64,000 bases of DNA from an uncultured bacterium (GTDB taxonomy: Bacteria; Chloroflexota; UBA5177; JANWHV01). The position numbers were made by a program, and so were the translations under genes. Under the pieces are notes generated by a model. It saw nothing but the letters and a program-made list of their open reading frames with translations. It was not told where the DNA came from and did not search any database. Location: contig CAWHAE010000016.1 of NCBI GenBank assembly GCA_963827235.1, positions 768,001 to 832,000 of the forward strand, in the 5' to 3' direction. Below, in pieces: positions 9,336 through 19,295 of the stretch (its first letter is position 1; every line of letters starts with the position of its first letter).

Positions 9336-9908
9336 CTACGCGGAACGGCCGGGCAGGAGCTGTCGTTGCAGAGCGCGCTGGGCTCGGAACAGCAGCGCCC
9401 GTGCCGCTCCCTCGCTCCTGGCCAGCGCCATCCCGATGTCCTTGAGCGATAGCTCCTCGCCGTAGCGCAGCAATACCACCTGTCGCTGCAGCAACGGCAG
9501 GGCCGCGACGGCCGCCATGAGGTCCTCGTGGCGCTCACCCCGCAGCAGCATGTCCTCGGGTCCCAGCGCTTGATCGACGGGCTCCACCGCGGCGGCGATG
9601 CCCACGGTCGTCCTGCGCCGCGTGCGATTGGCAATAGCGCTGCTGGCAATACGATAGAGCCAGGCGCGAAACGGAAGGCCTCTCCATTCATAGCGTGCCA
9701 GGTATTGCAGCGCTCGCTCGAACGTTTCGGCGACGACATCTTCCGCGACCACCGGATCGCGCAGGCAGCGTATCGCGTAGGCGTAGATGCCATTCACATG
9801 CCGCTCATAGAGCTCGCCAAAGGCATCCGGCTCCGAGCTGGCTCGCTCGACGAGCGCGCGCTCGTCCTCGGCCGGTCATGACCCGGCCGAGGACGAGCTC
9901 GACTTCAC
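9336..9908 (-). CDS. ECF (sigma70 group 4) sigma factor with in-frame TGA near the 5' end
   Basis: Region 2 (DAFGELYERHVNGIYAYA..AEDVVAETF..FRAWLYRIA) and region 4 (LP..QRQVVLLRY..LSLKDIG..L..SEGA.R..L.RA). Homology extends upstream of the listed ORF (9797) to an in-frame TGA at 9876-9878; in-frame GTG at 9908. Confidence 0.8.
9860..9898. repeat. Perfect 16-bp inverted repeat with 7-nt loop
   Basis: GCTCGTCCTCGGCCGG-TCATGAC-CCGGCCGAGGACGAGC. Confidence 0.95.
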
Positions 9909-9942
9909 CTGAAAGGCACGTGTCGGCTGTCAGCGTACGCCC

Positions 9943-10383
9943 CTACGCCGAAATAGCCTGAGGCCAGCTCAGGGCTTCGATCCGATCAAACAGCTCCGCG
10001 TGATCGACGCGACCGGTCAAGTAGGCGTCGGTACCTGCCTCGTAGCCGTCGAGAAGATCCTCGAGGCTGCCCTCCGGATGTAGCATGAGGATAGCGGACC
10101 GTGCGTCGAGCTCCCGAAGAGCTCTGCATACCGCGAGCCCGTCGAGCGACGGATCGGTCATGTCCAGCATGATCACGTTTGGCGCCTCGTCTACGTCCGT
10201 CGCGGCAACCGCCTCGTCCGGACCCGCCACGCCCGCGGAGAAGTGGCCGCGCAAGAGGACAGCTCGCCAGTGATTCGCGTTCACGAGGTCATTCGACACA
10301 ATGAGCACAGTCGCGCGGACCTGTGGTCTCGCCGCTGTGCGGATTACTCGCCTGTTCACGATGGTGGATCGCCCGGAAGACAC
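9943..10383 (-). CDS. Stand-alone receiver domain (degenerate)
   Basis: VLIVSND..PNVIMLD..P.LDGLAVCRALR..GYEAGTDAYL..ELFDRIEAL. Start uncertain. Confidence 0.8.
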   Translation of the reverse strand: MSSGRSTIVNRRVIRTAARPQVRATVLIVSNDLVNANHWRAVLLRGHFSAGVAGPDEAVAATDVDEAPNVIMLDMTDPSLDGLAVCRALRELDARSAILMLHPEGSLEDLLDGYEAGTDAYLTGRVDHAELFDRIEALSWPQAISA

Positions 10384-10721
10384 TGCCTGACTCCTTTGCT
10401 CGATCGCCTGTCAGCTCCCAAATCAACCCTACTCTCTAAGCATAGAAAAGCACTATGAGAGCTCCGTGATCAGATCGTTACAGGAATATGACAGCTTGCA
10501 GACGGTTGGACGACACGGTGACCCGATACATACTGCTGTGTGAACCGGGCCGTCGCCACAGAATCGGCTGCTCGATCGCACCCCGATACTCGAGATCAGC
10601 TGGCGATCGGACGGTATTCGCGAACCGTAGGGGCCGGGCCTTTGCTGTCCGGCTGCCTCGGACTGCTATGCTGTACAGGTGTGGCAGCAATCGGGGAACC
10701 ATGAGCATATGCTAGGCTGAT

Positions 10722-11969
10722 GTGACGAGCATCGCGACGCGGGTGAGCCGCGAGCCCGAACGCCCTCTGCGCGGCCGTACCGTTGCCGTGCTCGCTGCGG
10801 CATATTGGTGCTACTTCGTCAACGGCGTGGTCAACAGCATCATCGGGCCGGCGCTGCTCAGCATGGTCCATACGTTTCGTATCGATCTCGCCGCGGCCGG
10901 AGCGATCGTGACTGCCCAGTTCATCGGCTACCTGCCGGGTGCGTTGGGAAGCGGCGTGGCCGCCGAGCGCTGGGGTTACCGCCGCGTTCTCGTCCCGGCG
11001 ACCCTGGTGCTGACCATGGGCACCATTGGAACCGCGCTCGTGGGCTCATGGTTGATCGCTATCTGCCTCACGGGTATCGCGGGGGCCGGATTCGGCGTCG
11101 GCGATTCACTGTGCAACGCGGTGGTCGCGGATGAGACCCCGGGGGCGCACGGCACCACCATGAATCTGCTGCACACGTTCTTCGGAGTCGGCGCGCTCGC
11201 CGGGCCGCTCATTGCCGGTATGCTCCTCTCAAGCCGTGTTGGATGGCAAGGCCTCTTCGTGCTGACCGGTTGCCTGGCAGGCGTCTGCATGCTCCTGTTC
11301 CTGGTCATTCCTCTCCCGACACCCGCTCGCCGCCCCACGACCAAACGTCCGGAGATGTCTCGCTCCCAGGCGCAGCGCGCCAGCCCGGATTCCGCCGTCT
11401 GGCGCAACCGGCATCTGTGGTTGCTGGCTGCCATGCTCCTGCTGTTCGTGGGCATGGAACAACTGGTTGGAGCCTGGGGCTCTGCCTACCTTACCCGCGT
11501 CCAGAGTGCCGACGTCGATACGGCTGCGCGTGCCGCCTCGGTGTACTGGGCTGCCGTGACCTTCGGCCGGTTGCTGGCCAGCGCGGTGGCGCTGAGCGTG
11601 TCCAGCGAACGACTGCTTGGAGGCTCAGCAATACTTGCCCTGGCCGCGGTCTCCGGTCTGGCGCTGGCGCATGGGGTGGGTCAGGCCCTGGTCGCCTTTG
11701 CCATCACCGGATTCGGCTTCGCCGCGATCTATCCCACCATCATGGCCATCACGGCCCGCACACACGCACGACGGTTTGCCACCATCGCAGGCGCGATGGC
11801 CGCGGCCGGCGGAGCTGGGGGAGCGATCTATCCCTGGATCGGCGGCATCGTCGGCCAGGCCTGGGGTCTGCGTGCCACTATGTGGCTGGCGGCAGCGCTC
11901 GCGGCGCTACTCCTGGGTACGTTTGCGCTTTCGCACAGGCTAGAGCCGTCTCAGCCCGACCTTGCCTGA
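10722..11969 (+). CDS. MFS transporter (FucP/TsgA-like sugar permease)
   Basis: About 12 TM segments; G..AERWGYRR, MNLLHTFFGVGALAGP, LFVGME...GAW...YL, AAIYPT. Confidence 0.85.
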   Translation: MTSIATRVSREPERPLRGRTVAVLAAAYWCYFVNGVVNSIIGPALLSMVHTFRIDLAAAGAIVTAQFIGYLPGALGSGVAAERWGYRRVLVPATLVLTMGTIGTALVGSWLIAICLTGIAGAGFGVGDSLCNAVVADETPGAHGTTMNLLHTFFGVGALAGPLIAGMLLSSRVGWQGLFVLTGCLAGVCMLLFLVIPLPTPARRPTTKRPEMSRSQAQRASPDSAVWRNRHLWLLAAMLLLFVGMEQLVGAWGSAYLTRVQSADVDTAARAASVYWAAVTFGRLLASAVALSVSSERLLGGSAILALAAVSGLALAHGVGQALVAFAITGFGFAAIYPTIMAITARTHARRFATIAGAMAAAGGAGGAIYPWIGGIVGQAWGLRATMWLAAALAALLLGTFALSHRLEPSQPDLA

Positions 11970-12030
11970 TGCCGCCGGATGGTGACGGCTCGGCCGCAGC
12001 GAGGTCCATACAGTTGGCGCCCACTCGGCA

Positions 12031-12837
12031 CTACACCGATGGAAATCCCATAGTCGAAAGCACGGTTCCGTCGGCCAGAATGGTCATCGCTTCACAGCCC
12101 GCAAGCCGCGCCGTCCAGGCAGGACCGGCCGAACCCATAGCAAACGCGGCGGTGGCATAGGCATCCACGGTGGCCAGGTCATCGCCCACAATGGTAACCG
12201 ACAGTATGCCGGCGGGGGGAACCCCGGTGTAGGGGTCGACGATATGCTGGCCTCGCTCGTATGCGCCGGACGTGGCAACAGCCCGGTCGCGCAGGGCGAT
12301 CACGGCAGCCAGGCTCTGTCGTTCGAGCGGATGCTGGATGCCGATGCGCCAGTAGGGCTCCGGAAACGGGCACCCGCGCGACACAATGTCCCCGCCCGCG
12401 TTGATCAGGTAGTTGCGCGCGCGCGCGGCGTCCAAGATCGACGCCGCGCGCGCCACTGACCACCCCTTGACCAAGCCGGACGGATCGACGGCACCGGGCC
12501 TGCTGCCCGCTGCCACACGCGAATCCGGGACTCGCGCAGGGGCGCGCACGTCGAAGTAGCCGTTCGTCTCCTGGCGCAGCTCCTCGCAGCGGGCAAGGAC
12601 GTCGCGCACGTCACGGTGTGCGGCCGGCAGATCCAGCTCACCACGATTCAGCCTGCAGATCTCGCTGTCCGGCTTATAGGTGCTGAATCGTGCGTCAACC
12701 TCGCGGAACCAGGCGAATACGTCGTCCAGGGCTCCTGAGCCGACATCCGGGTCGCGGACTTCGACGATGATCGGCATGCCCATGATGTGCTCTATGCGCT
12801 GCCGTGCAGATGCGTTACCGGAAGAAGCCTCACCCAT
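12031..12837 (-). CDS. apbE: FAD:protein FMN transferase
   Basis: MGM.I.V, FSTYKPDSEI.RLN, T.GYFD, DPSGLVKGWSV, INAGGD, ATSG.YERG.HI.DP.TG, DAYATA. Confidence 0.9.
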   Translation of the reverse strand: MGEASSGNASARQRIEHIMGMPIIVEVRDPDVGSGALDDVFAWFREVDARFSTYKPDSEICRLNRGELDLPAAHRDVRDVLARCEELRQETNGYFDVRAPARVPDSRVAAGSRPGAVDPSGLVKGWSVARAASILDAARARNYLINAGGDIVSRGCPFPEPYWRIGIQHPLERQSLAAVIALRDRAVATSGAYERGQHIVDPYTGVPPAGILSVTIVGDDLATVDAYATAAFAMGSAGPAWTARLAGCEAMTILADGTVLSTMGFPSV

Positions 12838-13301
12838 CTGATCAGGCCGGACACGTGGGCCGGCGCACCGAGCGCGACGGCTGGAAGAATAGCTGGCCGG
12901 TCATGTTGGCTTGCGCGGACCTTTCCTCTCCAAGTCGACAATACTCGTCAGGATCGAACGCGGGCTCAAGGCCGTCGTGCGTCAGGATACGCGCTCGCCT
13001 GACACCGTCCACAACCTTACGATACGGCAAGAGCATGATCGTCGCATGACGCCCGAGGTGCAGGAACGTGAGTGAGCCCCCGCGGGCACCGGTCCATCAC
13101 TAAGGTGTGATCCAGCCGATTGCGTGGACGCACCCAACCACTGCCGCGTGTACCATCGGGAGGATGCGGTGTGCAGCCGGCCGCCCGCCGGCACGTTGAG
13201 TATTCGGCACGGTCCGGCAGCATGCCGGCTAGGCGAGCGGATCGGTCTACAGGCCTTCGGCCGGTGGCTACCGAGCGACACTGCCGGAGAGGGGCGCGAC
13301 C

Positions 13302-13970
13302 GTGACCGACAAAGTGCCTTTCGACATTGAAGCCGCGTTTGCCGCGTTGCCGGATGCCGTGGCACCGTATGCCAGGGCCGCTCTATTCGAGCTATTCGAT
13401 GAGGGATATCGCGACCCATTTGAGATATTGGTGGCATGCGTCGTCTCCATACGCACTCGTGACGAGGTGACTCTGCCGGTCGCTCGTCGGGTGTTCGCCC
13501 TTGCCCGCACGCCCAGCAGATTCCTCTCCCTGCCCACTGTCGCTTTGACAGAGGGGCTGATCGGTACGGCGTTTGCCTCCAATAAGGCGGCCAACATCGT
13601 AGCCATTGCGCGGCGATGTGTCGAGGAGCATGCCGGTCGGCTTCCCTGCGACTTCGAGGCCTTGACGTCTCTGCCGGGCGTGGGCCCGAAGTGCGCTAAT
13701 TTGGTGCTGGGCATCGCCTGCGGCAAACCCAGCATAGCCGTGGACATCCACGTGCACCGCGTTACAAACCGCTGGGGTTATGTAAAGACTTCGTCACCCG
13801 AGTCGACGATGGCCGCCCTCGAGCAGAAGCTGCCGAAGGAGTACTGGGTCGCGATCAACCGGCTGCTCGTACCCTTCGGCAAGCATGTGTGCAGTGGAAG
13901 TTTGCCGCGCTGCTCGACCTGCCCGCTCGAGCCGATGTGTGCCCAGGCAGACGTCACCCGGCATCGCTGA
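13302..13970 (+). CDS. nth: Endonuclease III
   Basis: PFEILVA, HhH motif LPGVGPKCA, VDIHVHRV.NRWG, C-terminal 4Fe-4S C-x6-C-x2-C-x5-C. Confidence 0.92.
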   Translation: MTDKVPFDIEAAFAALPDAVAPYARAALFELFDEGYRDPFEILVACVVSIRTRDEVTLPVARRVFALARTPSRFLSLPTVALTEGLIGTAFASNKAANIVAIARRCVEEHAGRLPCDFEALTSLPGVGPKCANLVLGIACGKPSIAVDIHVHRVTNRWGYVKTSSPESTMAALEQKLPKEYWVAINRLLVPFGKHVCSGSLPRCSTCPLEPMCAQADVTRHR

Positions 13971-14030
13971 CCGGCGCAGAGCAGCCGGTTATCGTGTGAG
14001 CGCAGGAAATGCCACCGATTCGTATCGCAT

Positions 14031-14085
14031 TGTCATGCATATGTCATAGAGGCATCACAGCAGTGTCATACTGCAGGGGTAGATT
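14031..14085 (+). promoter_or_regulatory. Pho-box-like (OmpR/PhoB family) array with -10 element
   Basis: TGTCAT (14031), TGTCAT (14042), CATCAC (14053), TGTCAT (14064) at exact 11-bp pitch, followed 10 nt later by TAGATT (14080). Confidence 0.65.
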
Positions 14086-14426
14086 GAGGGTACGCGGGCC
14101 CCGGAAGGTCCCTCACCCACCACGGTGTGCCGCGTCGCGGAAAGCTGCTGTCACGTATCGTTCTCGGCTTTGCCGGACAGTCTCGAAGATCCTGACCTGA
14201 GTGGCGCCGCATGCTGTGGTGTTCTGTCGGGATACCGGGAGTCAGAATGGCAGTGGACACCACTCTTGCAGGTGCGAAGCGGCATTCCGCGATGCAGGTC
14301 AGGTAGCCGGACTTCGGCCTTCCGGCGCAGTGCAGCGCCGCAGTTGAGCGATCCCCGCGTCATGCGTGAATCCAGCAGTTCGCTCAGCCGGGCACCTTGC
14401 TTCTCAAGCGAAAGGAGTCTCAATCC

Positions 14427-16604
14427 ATGCGGCGAATGATCACGAGGGTAGCAATCGCAGTCCTCACCCTCGTCGCGCTCCCGGCGGCCCTACTGCCGGC
14501 AACCACGTACGCCTCCGCCCCAGCAGCTCGACACTGGGGCCCCGGCGCCGGAAGCCAGTGGAGCGTGACCGGCACGCTCGTCGCCACGCCTCAGTCGACG
14601 CTTCCCGCAACCCTGTTCATTCAGGTCGACAATAACACCATCCCGGTCAACATCACGTCGAGCACCAGGGTCGAAGATGCTTCAGGCAATGCGCTCAGCC
14701 CTTCTTCGATGGTGGACGGTGACACGCTTCGCGTGTCGGGACCCGAGGACCAGTCGGGTCAGATCGACGCGAGGCTCGTGCAGGATACATCGCAATCGAG
14801 TGGCACCACAGGCGCGTCCTACCAGGTTACGGGCACGCTCGCCGCGGTGTATACGGGCAGCGACTTGCTCTGCCTTGCGAACACGAGCGTGGTCAGCGGA
14901 TCAATCAACTCCAACGACGTGACGAGCAGCTCCTGTCCCAGTGGTGATCTGGCAGTCTACTACAGCGAGAGTACGAGCTTCGAGAACGCCTCCAGCACCA
15001 CGATCACGGTCGGCATGCTGGCCCCTGGCGACAGCCTGAGCGTGACGGGCACCCTGAGCAGCGGCCAGTTCACTGCCACCCTGGCGCAGGACACCACGCA
15101 GACCACGAGCACAACCTACAACTACGAGGTGACCGGCACGGTGGCAGCCGTCTACACTGGCAGCTACGTCATCTGCCTGGCAAACGCCAGCGTGGTGAGC
15201 GGCTCGATCGGCAGCAACGCCCTGACCAACACCCTGTGCCCCAGCGATGACCTGGCAGTCTACTACACGAGCGGCACCACCTTCGAAAGCGCCTCCGGCA
15301 TCGCGATCACGATCGGCACGCTGGCTACCGGCGACAGCCTGACGGTGACCGGCACCGTGACAAGCAGCCAGTTTACAGCCACGCTGGTGCAGGACACCAC
15401 GCAGACCTCCACCACCACCTACAACTACGAGGTGACCGGCACGGTGGAGGCCGTCGACACCGGCAGCTACGTCATCTGCCTCGCAAACGCCAGCGTGGTG
15501 AGCGGATCGATCACCACCAACGCCCTGACCAACACTCTGTGCCCCAGCGATGACCTGGCAGTCTACTACACGAGCGGCACCACCTTCGAAAACGCTTCCG
15601 GCACCGCGATCACGGTCGGCACGCTGGCCAACGGGGATAGCTTGACCGTGACCGGCACCGTGACGAGCAGCCAGTTTACCGCCACCATCGCGCAGGACAC
15701 CACGCAGTCCTCTGCCACCGCCTACGCGTACGAGGCGATCGGCGCACTGGCAGACGTCTATACGGGCAGCGACGTATTGTGCCTGGCGAGCCCCAGCGTG
15801 GTGAGCGGATCGACGAGCCCAACGTCACTGACCGACACCGCGTGCCCGAGCGGAGACCTAGCCGTCTACTATACCGGGAGCACGACCTTCGAGAATGCCT
15901 CCGGCACTGCGATCACGATCGGCACTCTGGCCACCGGCGACAGCCTGACCGTGACGGGCATCGTGTCCGGCAACGTGCTCACGGCCTCTCTTGTGCAGGA
16001 CACCACGCAGACCACGAGCACAGCCTACAACTATCAGGTGACCGGCACGCTGGCCTTGGTCTACACCAGCAGCAACCTGCTCTGCCTGGCGAACGCCAGT
16101 GTGGTAAGTGGATCGATCGGTGCCAACGCCTTGACGAGCACCGCCTGCCCAACCGATGATCTGGCGGTCTTCTTTGCGAGCAGCTCCGCGTTCGAAAATG
16201 CATCCGGCACTGCCATCGGCGTCGGCACTCTGGTCAGTGGAGACAGCCTGAGCGTGAGCGGCACGATAAGCAATAGCCAGTTCACGGCCGCCCTCGTGCA
16301 GGATGCCACGCGGTCCGGGACGACCAGTAGCTCGACGAGCGATACGGCTCAGTACACTCTCGTCGGCACGGTACAGTCACTTAACTTCTCCGGGCGCAAC
16401 CGCTCGGTGACCTTCCGCGTGCTGCAGGGATCGATGCGGGGTCTCTACACCGTCACCCTGCCGGCCAACGCCCAAGTACTGACCCACACGAATGGCAAGT
16501 CGAGGTTCACCGCCATCCGCAGGGGACAAACCCTGACCATTACCGGTACCTTCAATAGGCGCAGCCATCGCTGGATGGTGATTGCCCGGGTGCAGATCCA
16601 TTAG
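14427..16604 (+). CDS. Secreted Ser/Thr-rich protein with tandem DUF5666-like (OB-fold-like) repeats
   Basis: AAGGAG SD; signal peptide MRRMITRVAIAVLTLVALPAALLPATTYA; repeats VTGT..T.FE...L..GD.L.V.G..F.A..VQ. Confidence 0.8.
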   Translation: MRRMITRVAIAVLTLVALPAALLPATTYASAPAARHWGPGAGSQWSVTGTLVATPQSTLPATLFIQVDNNTIPVNITSSTRVEDASGNALSPSSMVDGDTLRVSGPEDQSGQIDARLVQDTSQSSGTTGASYQVTGTLAAVYTGSDLLCLANTSVVSGSINSNDVTSSSCPSGDLAVYYSESTSFENASSTTITVGMLAPGDSLSVTGTLSSGQFTATLAQDTTQTTSTTYNYEVTGTVAAVYTGSYVICLANASVVSGSIGSNALTNTLCPSDDLAVYYTSGTTFESASGIAITIGTLATGDSLTVTGTVTSSQFTATLVQDTTQTSTTTYNYEVTGTVEAVDTGSYVICLANASVVSGSITTNALTNTLCPSDDLAVYYTSGTTFENASGTAITVGTLANGDSLTVTGTVTSSQFTATIAQDTTQSSATAYAYEAIGALADVYTGSDVLCLASPSVVSGSTSPTSLTDTACPSGDLAVYYTGSTTFENASGTAITIGTLATGDSLTVTGIVSGNVLTASLVQDTTQTTSTAYNYQVTGTLALVYTSSNLLCLANASVVSGSIGANALTSTACPTDDLAVFFASSSAFENASGTAIGVGTLVSGDSLSVSGTISNSQFTAALVQDATRSGTTSSSTSDTAQYTLVGTVQSLNFSGRNRSVTFRVLQGSMRGLYTVTLPANAQVLTHTNGKSRFTAIRRGQTLTITGTFNRRSHRWMVIARVQIH
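14820..16310 (+). repeat. Five intragenic 303-bp (101 aa) tandem repeats
   Basis: Units begin at 14820, 15123, 15426, 15729 and 16032; each has two conserved Cys (CLA, CP). Confidence 0.92.
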
Positions 16605-16645
16605 CACAAGCCGCCGCCTGCCGGCTCCGGCTTGAGACCGTCGCG

Positions 16646-16684
16646 GACGCCGATCCTGCCCACGCAGGGTCGGCGTCGTTCTTG
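16646..16684 (+). terminator. Probable intrinsic terminator
   Basis: GACGCCGATCCTGC-CCAC-GCAGGGTCGGCGTC hairpin followed by GTTCTTG, 40 nt after the stop. Confidence 0.55.
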
Positions 16685-17040
16685 TACGCCCCGACGCCAG
16701 TCCGGCGCGGTGCCGGAATGCAGGACGTCGTGTCTACGGGCATGCGCCGGCCCTGGGCCACCGCGGGCACGCGCAGCTCAACCCGGTCCTCACTTCTGAG
16801 CCCAAACGCCGTGCCATGGCACCCCATCATTGTGTGTTCACCGTGGCGTCATCTCGATTCACTACGATGATAGTGGGGCAGAAGACCCACAGCCCTCCGA
16901 TGAGGCTGTCGTCGCGCAGAGTCTGAGCGCGCGGGCCTCGCATGACTGTGCATCGACTTGTCCGCCTTGCCGGGCGCGACGGTGTCGAGCGTATTGGCCG
17001 CATCGCGCCGGCAAATGCTTCGGAGGAGGCCTAATTCCAC

Positions 17041-17850
17041 ATGGCCGGTCAAAATGTCCCCATTATCGACATGCGTCGTATCAGGAAGACATACGTCATG
17101 GGCGATCAGCAGGTTCTCGCCGTAAGCGGAGTTGATCTGGTGATTGGTGAAGGCGAGTTCGTGGCCATCATGGGTCCGTCAGGCAGCGGCAAGTCGACGG
17201 TGATGCACATTCTCGGTTGCCTCGACCGCCCCACATCCGGTGAATACTTCCTCAATGGCCTCAACGTGGCCACGTTGCGAGACGATGAGCAAGCGGCCGT
17301 CCGCAACGGCACGATAGGATTCATCTTTCAGGCGTTCAATCTCCTGCAGCGCACCTCTGCACTAAGGAATGTCGAGCTCCCGTTGGTGTACGCAGGCGTG
17401 CGGTCCGGTGAGCGAACCGCGCGGGCAAGGGCAGCGCTCGAAGAAGTGGGACTCGGTGCCCGGCTCTTCCATCTGCCAAATCAGCTCTCCGGTGGGCAGC
17501 AGCAGCGCGTAGCGGTGGCGCGTGCCCTGGTAACCAATCCGACCCTCATACTTGCGGACGAGCCGACAGGTAACCTCGACTCGCAGGTAAGCGCCGAGAT
17601 CATGGGCCTGCTGCAGCGACTGAACAAGCGCGGGCTCACCGTCGTCCTGGTGACGCACGAGAGCGATATAGCTGCTTATGCCGACCGGGTCATACACATG
17701 AGAGACGGCCGGATCGTGAGCGATACTCTCTCCCAGCCGGAAGCGCCGCCCGCCGCCGCGCTGGAGCAAGCGCTCGGCGCGAAGGCATCGGCCGACAGCC
17801 ACGAGCAACCGCTCGCGGAGCTCGCAGAGAGCCACGCCGTGCTTACCTGA
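17041..17850 (+). CDS. ABC transporter ATP-binding protein (LolD/MacB type)
   Basis: [48 protein letters not shown]. Confidence 0.95.
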   Translation: MAGQNVPIIDMRRIRKTYVMGDQQVLAVSGVDLVIGEGEFVAIMGPSGSGKSTVMHILGCLDRPTSGEYFLNGLNVATLRDDEQAAVRNGTIGFIFQAFNLLQRTSALRNVELPLVYAGVRSGERTARARAALEEVGLGARLFHLPNQLSGGQQQRVAVARALVTNPTLILADEPTGNLDSQVSAEIMGLLQRLNKRGLTVVLVTHESDIAAYADRVIHMRDGRIVSDTLSQPEAPPAAALEQALGAKASADSHEQPLAELAESHAVLT

Positions 17851-17863
17851 AGCGGCTGACCAG

Positions 17864-18784
17864 CTATTGGAAGGCTTCTCGACGCTGGGCTTGTTGCCTC
17901 AGGGCCCGCAACGGCAGGCCGGCCGCTCGCTGAGCCTTCCAGCCCAGGTATCGCCCAAGTAGCCCGTAACATTGGAAGCGATCCGCCTCGCTGATCGGCG
18001 CCCGGGCAACGGTCTTGATATGTTCGATCAGCAGCCGCACCTCGGGATGCAGCGCCAGGCCCTTCCAGGACGGATCCAGTAGAGCGCGGCGACCACTGTG
18101 CGCCGGATTCGCACGCGTGGTGATCTGAGAGTGCAGGCGCCGCACGAATAGGGGCTCAGGAATCTCGTGGAAGGCGCCGCGTAGCGCCAGATCGCCGATC
18201 AACACCACATCCGAGTCGACGTACCTGGCGATCAGTCGCGTGCACCGCAGCACATTCGTGCGCATCAAGCCATAAAGCACGTTGCACAGCGCCCCGTACC
18301 GGTAATGCCACAGAAACCGCCGGTAGCGCCGATATGGGCTGGGTGAATCGAGGTCCAGGCAGTCGTCGTAGACGCTTTCGCCACCGTTCTCGTCCAGTAG
18401 GATGGTTCTGCCGTAAGCGAGGATTACCTCGGGTCGCCTGTCGAGCGCGTCCACGCACCTGGCCAGCAATGGCGGGAGGCAGGCGTCATCATAGCACTGC
18501 CAACGGAAGTAACTGCCGGTCGCCAAGTGCACCACGCGGTTGAAGTTCCAGCTCAGGCCGTGGTTGGTGGAGGTATTGAAGTATCGTACGCGTTGATCGC
18601 GCGCGGCATATTGGCGGCATATCTCCTCGGTGCAATCTGTAGAACCGTTGTTCGAGATGATAAGCTCGAAATCCTCAAACGTCTGCCCGAGCACCGAGTC
18701 TATGGCATCAGCCAGGAATCGCTCGGCATTGTACACCGGCATGCCAATGCTCACACGCGGCTCACGCGGTACCATGGCTGCCAC
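17864..18784 (-). CDS. GT2 glycosyltransferase
   Basis: VSIGMPVYNAERFL..AIDSVL.QTF.DFELIISNNGSTD, N.G...NFN, YF.W..YDD. Start 18775 or 18784. Confidence 0.9.
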   Translation of the reverse strand: MAAMVPREPRVSIGMPVYNAERFLADAIDSVLGQTFEDFELIISNNGSTDCTEEICRQYAARDQRVRYFNTSTNHGLSWNFNRVVHLATGSYFRWQCYDDACLPPLLARCVDALDRRPEVILAYGRTILLDENGGESVYDDCLDLDSPSPYRRYRRFLWHYRYGALCNVLYGLMRTNVLRCTRLIARYVDSDVVLIGDLALRGAFHEIPEPLFVRRLHSQITTRANPAHSGRRALLDPSWKGLALHPEVRLLIEHIKTVARAPISEADRFQCYGLLGRYLGWKAQRAAGLPLRALRQQAQRREAFQ

Positions 18785-19295
18785 ATCCCTCTATCTGGTC
18801 GGTTTCCTGCGCCCGGTGTATGCGGGTCCGCATTGAAGCCTCCTCGCGGCCGACATTGCTCTCACTCAGCCAACATAGCGCCGGCAGCGCTAAGCGACAT
18901 CCTTCGTGCGAAGGGTATGCCACCGCGAAGCGCCCATGCATATGGCGGTCCGCCGCTGCCAGAGCACATCCAGGTAGACCAGAATACGGCCATTGCCTCA
19001 GATGCATCCCGCACCCGGGCACCTGCGCCGAATCGCAAACCGCGGCAGGACACTTCGCGGACCGCACCGGCAATACTGCTACGAGCCCAGAAAAGGGTTC
19101 CTCACGCGGGGCCGCTCAGGAAACGGGCTGGCACCTCCACACATCCGAGCACAGCACCTAGTGGCTTGTCAACTGCGAAACCTCAGGCCCCTCGCGACCG
19201 CGGCCCTCCGGGATGTCGCCCTGCGCGACCTGTCACGACGCGTACCGTGGTCGCAGGTCGCTTGTCTTAGACAGCAAATACCGGTTGACGAACCG

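Noticed and set aside
9876-9878. TGA in the ECF sigma as selenocysteine
   Set aside because: Not a Cys/redox position, and the hairpin surrounds the codon rather than following it as a bacterial SECIS would.
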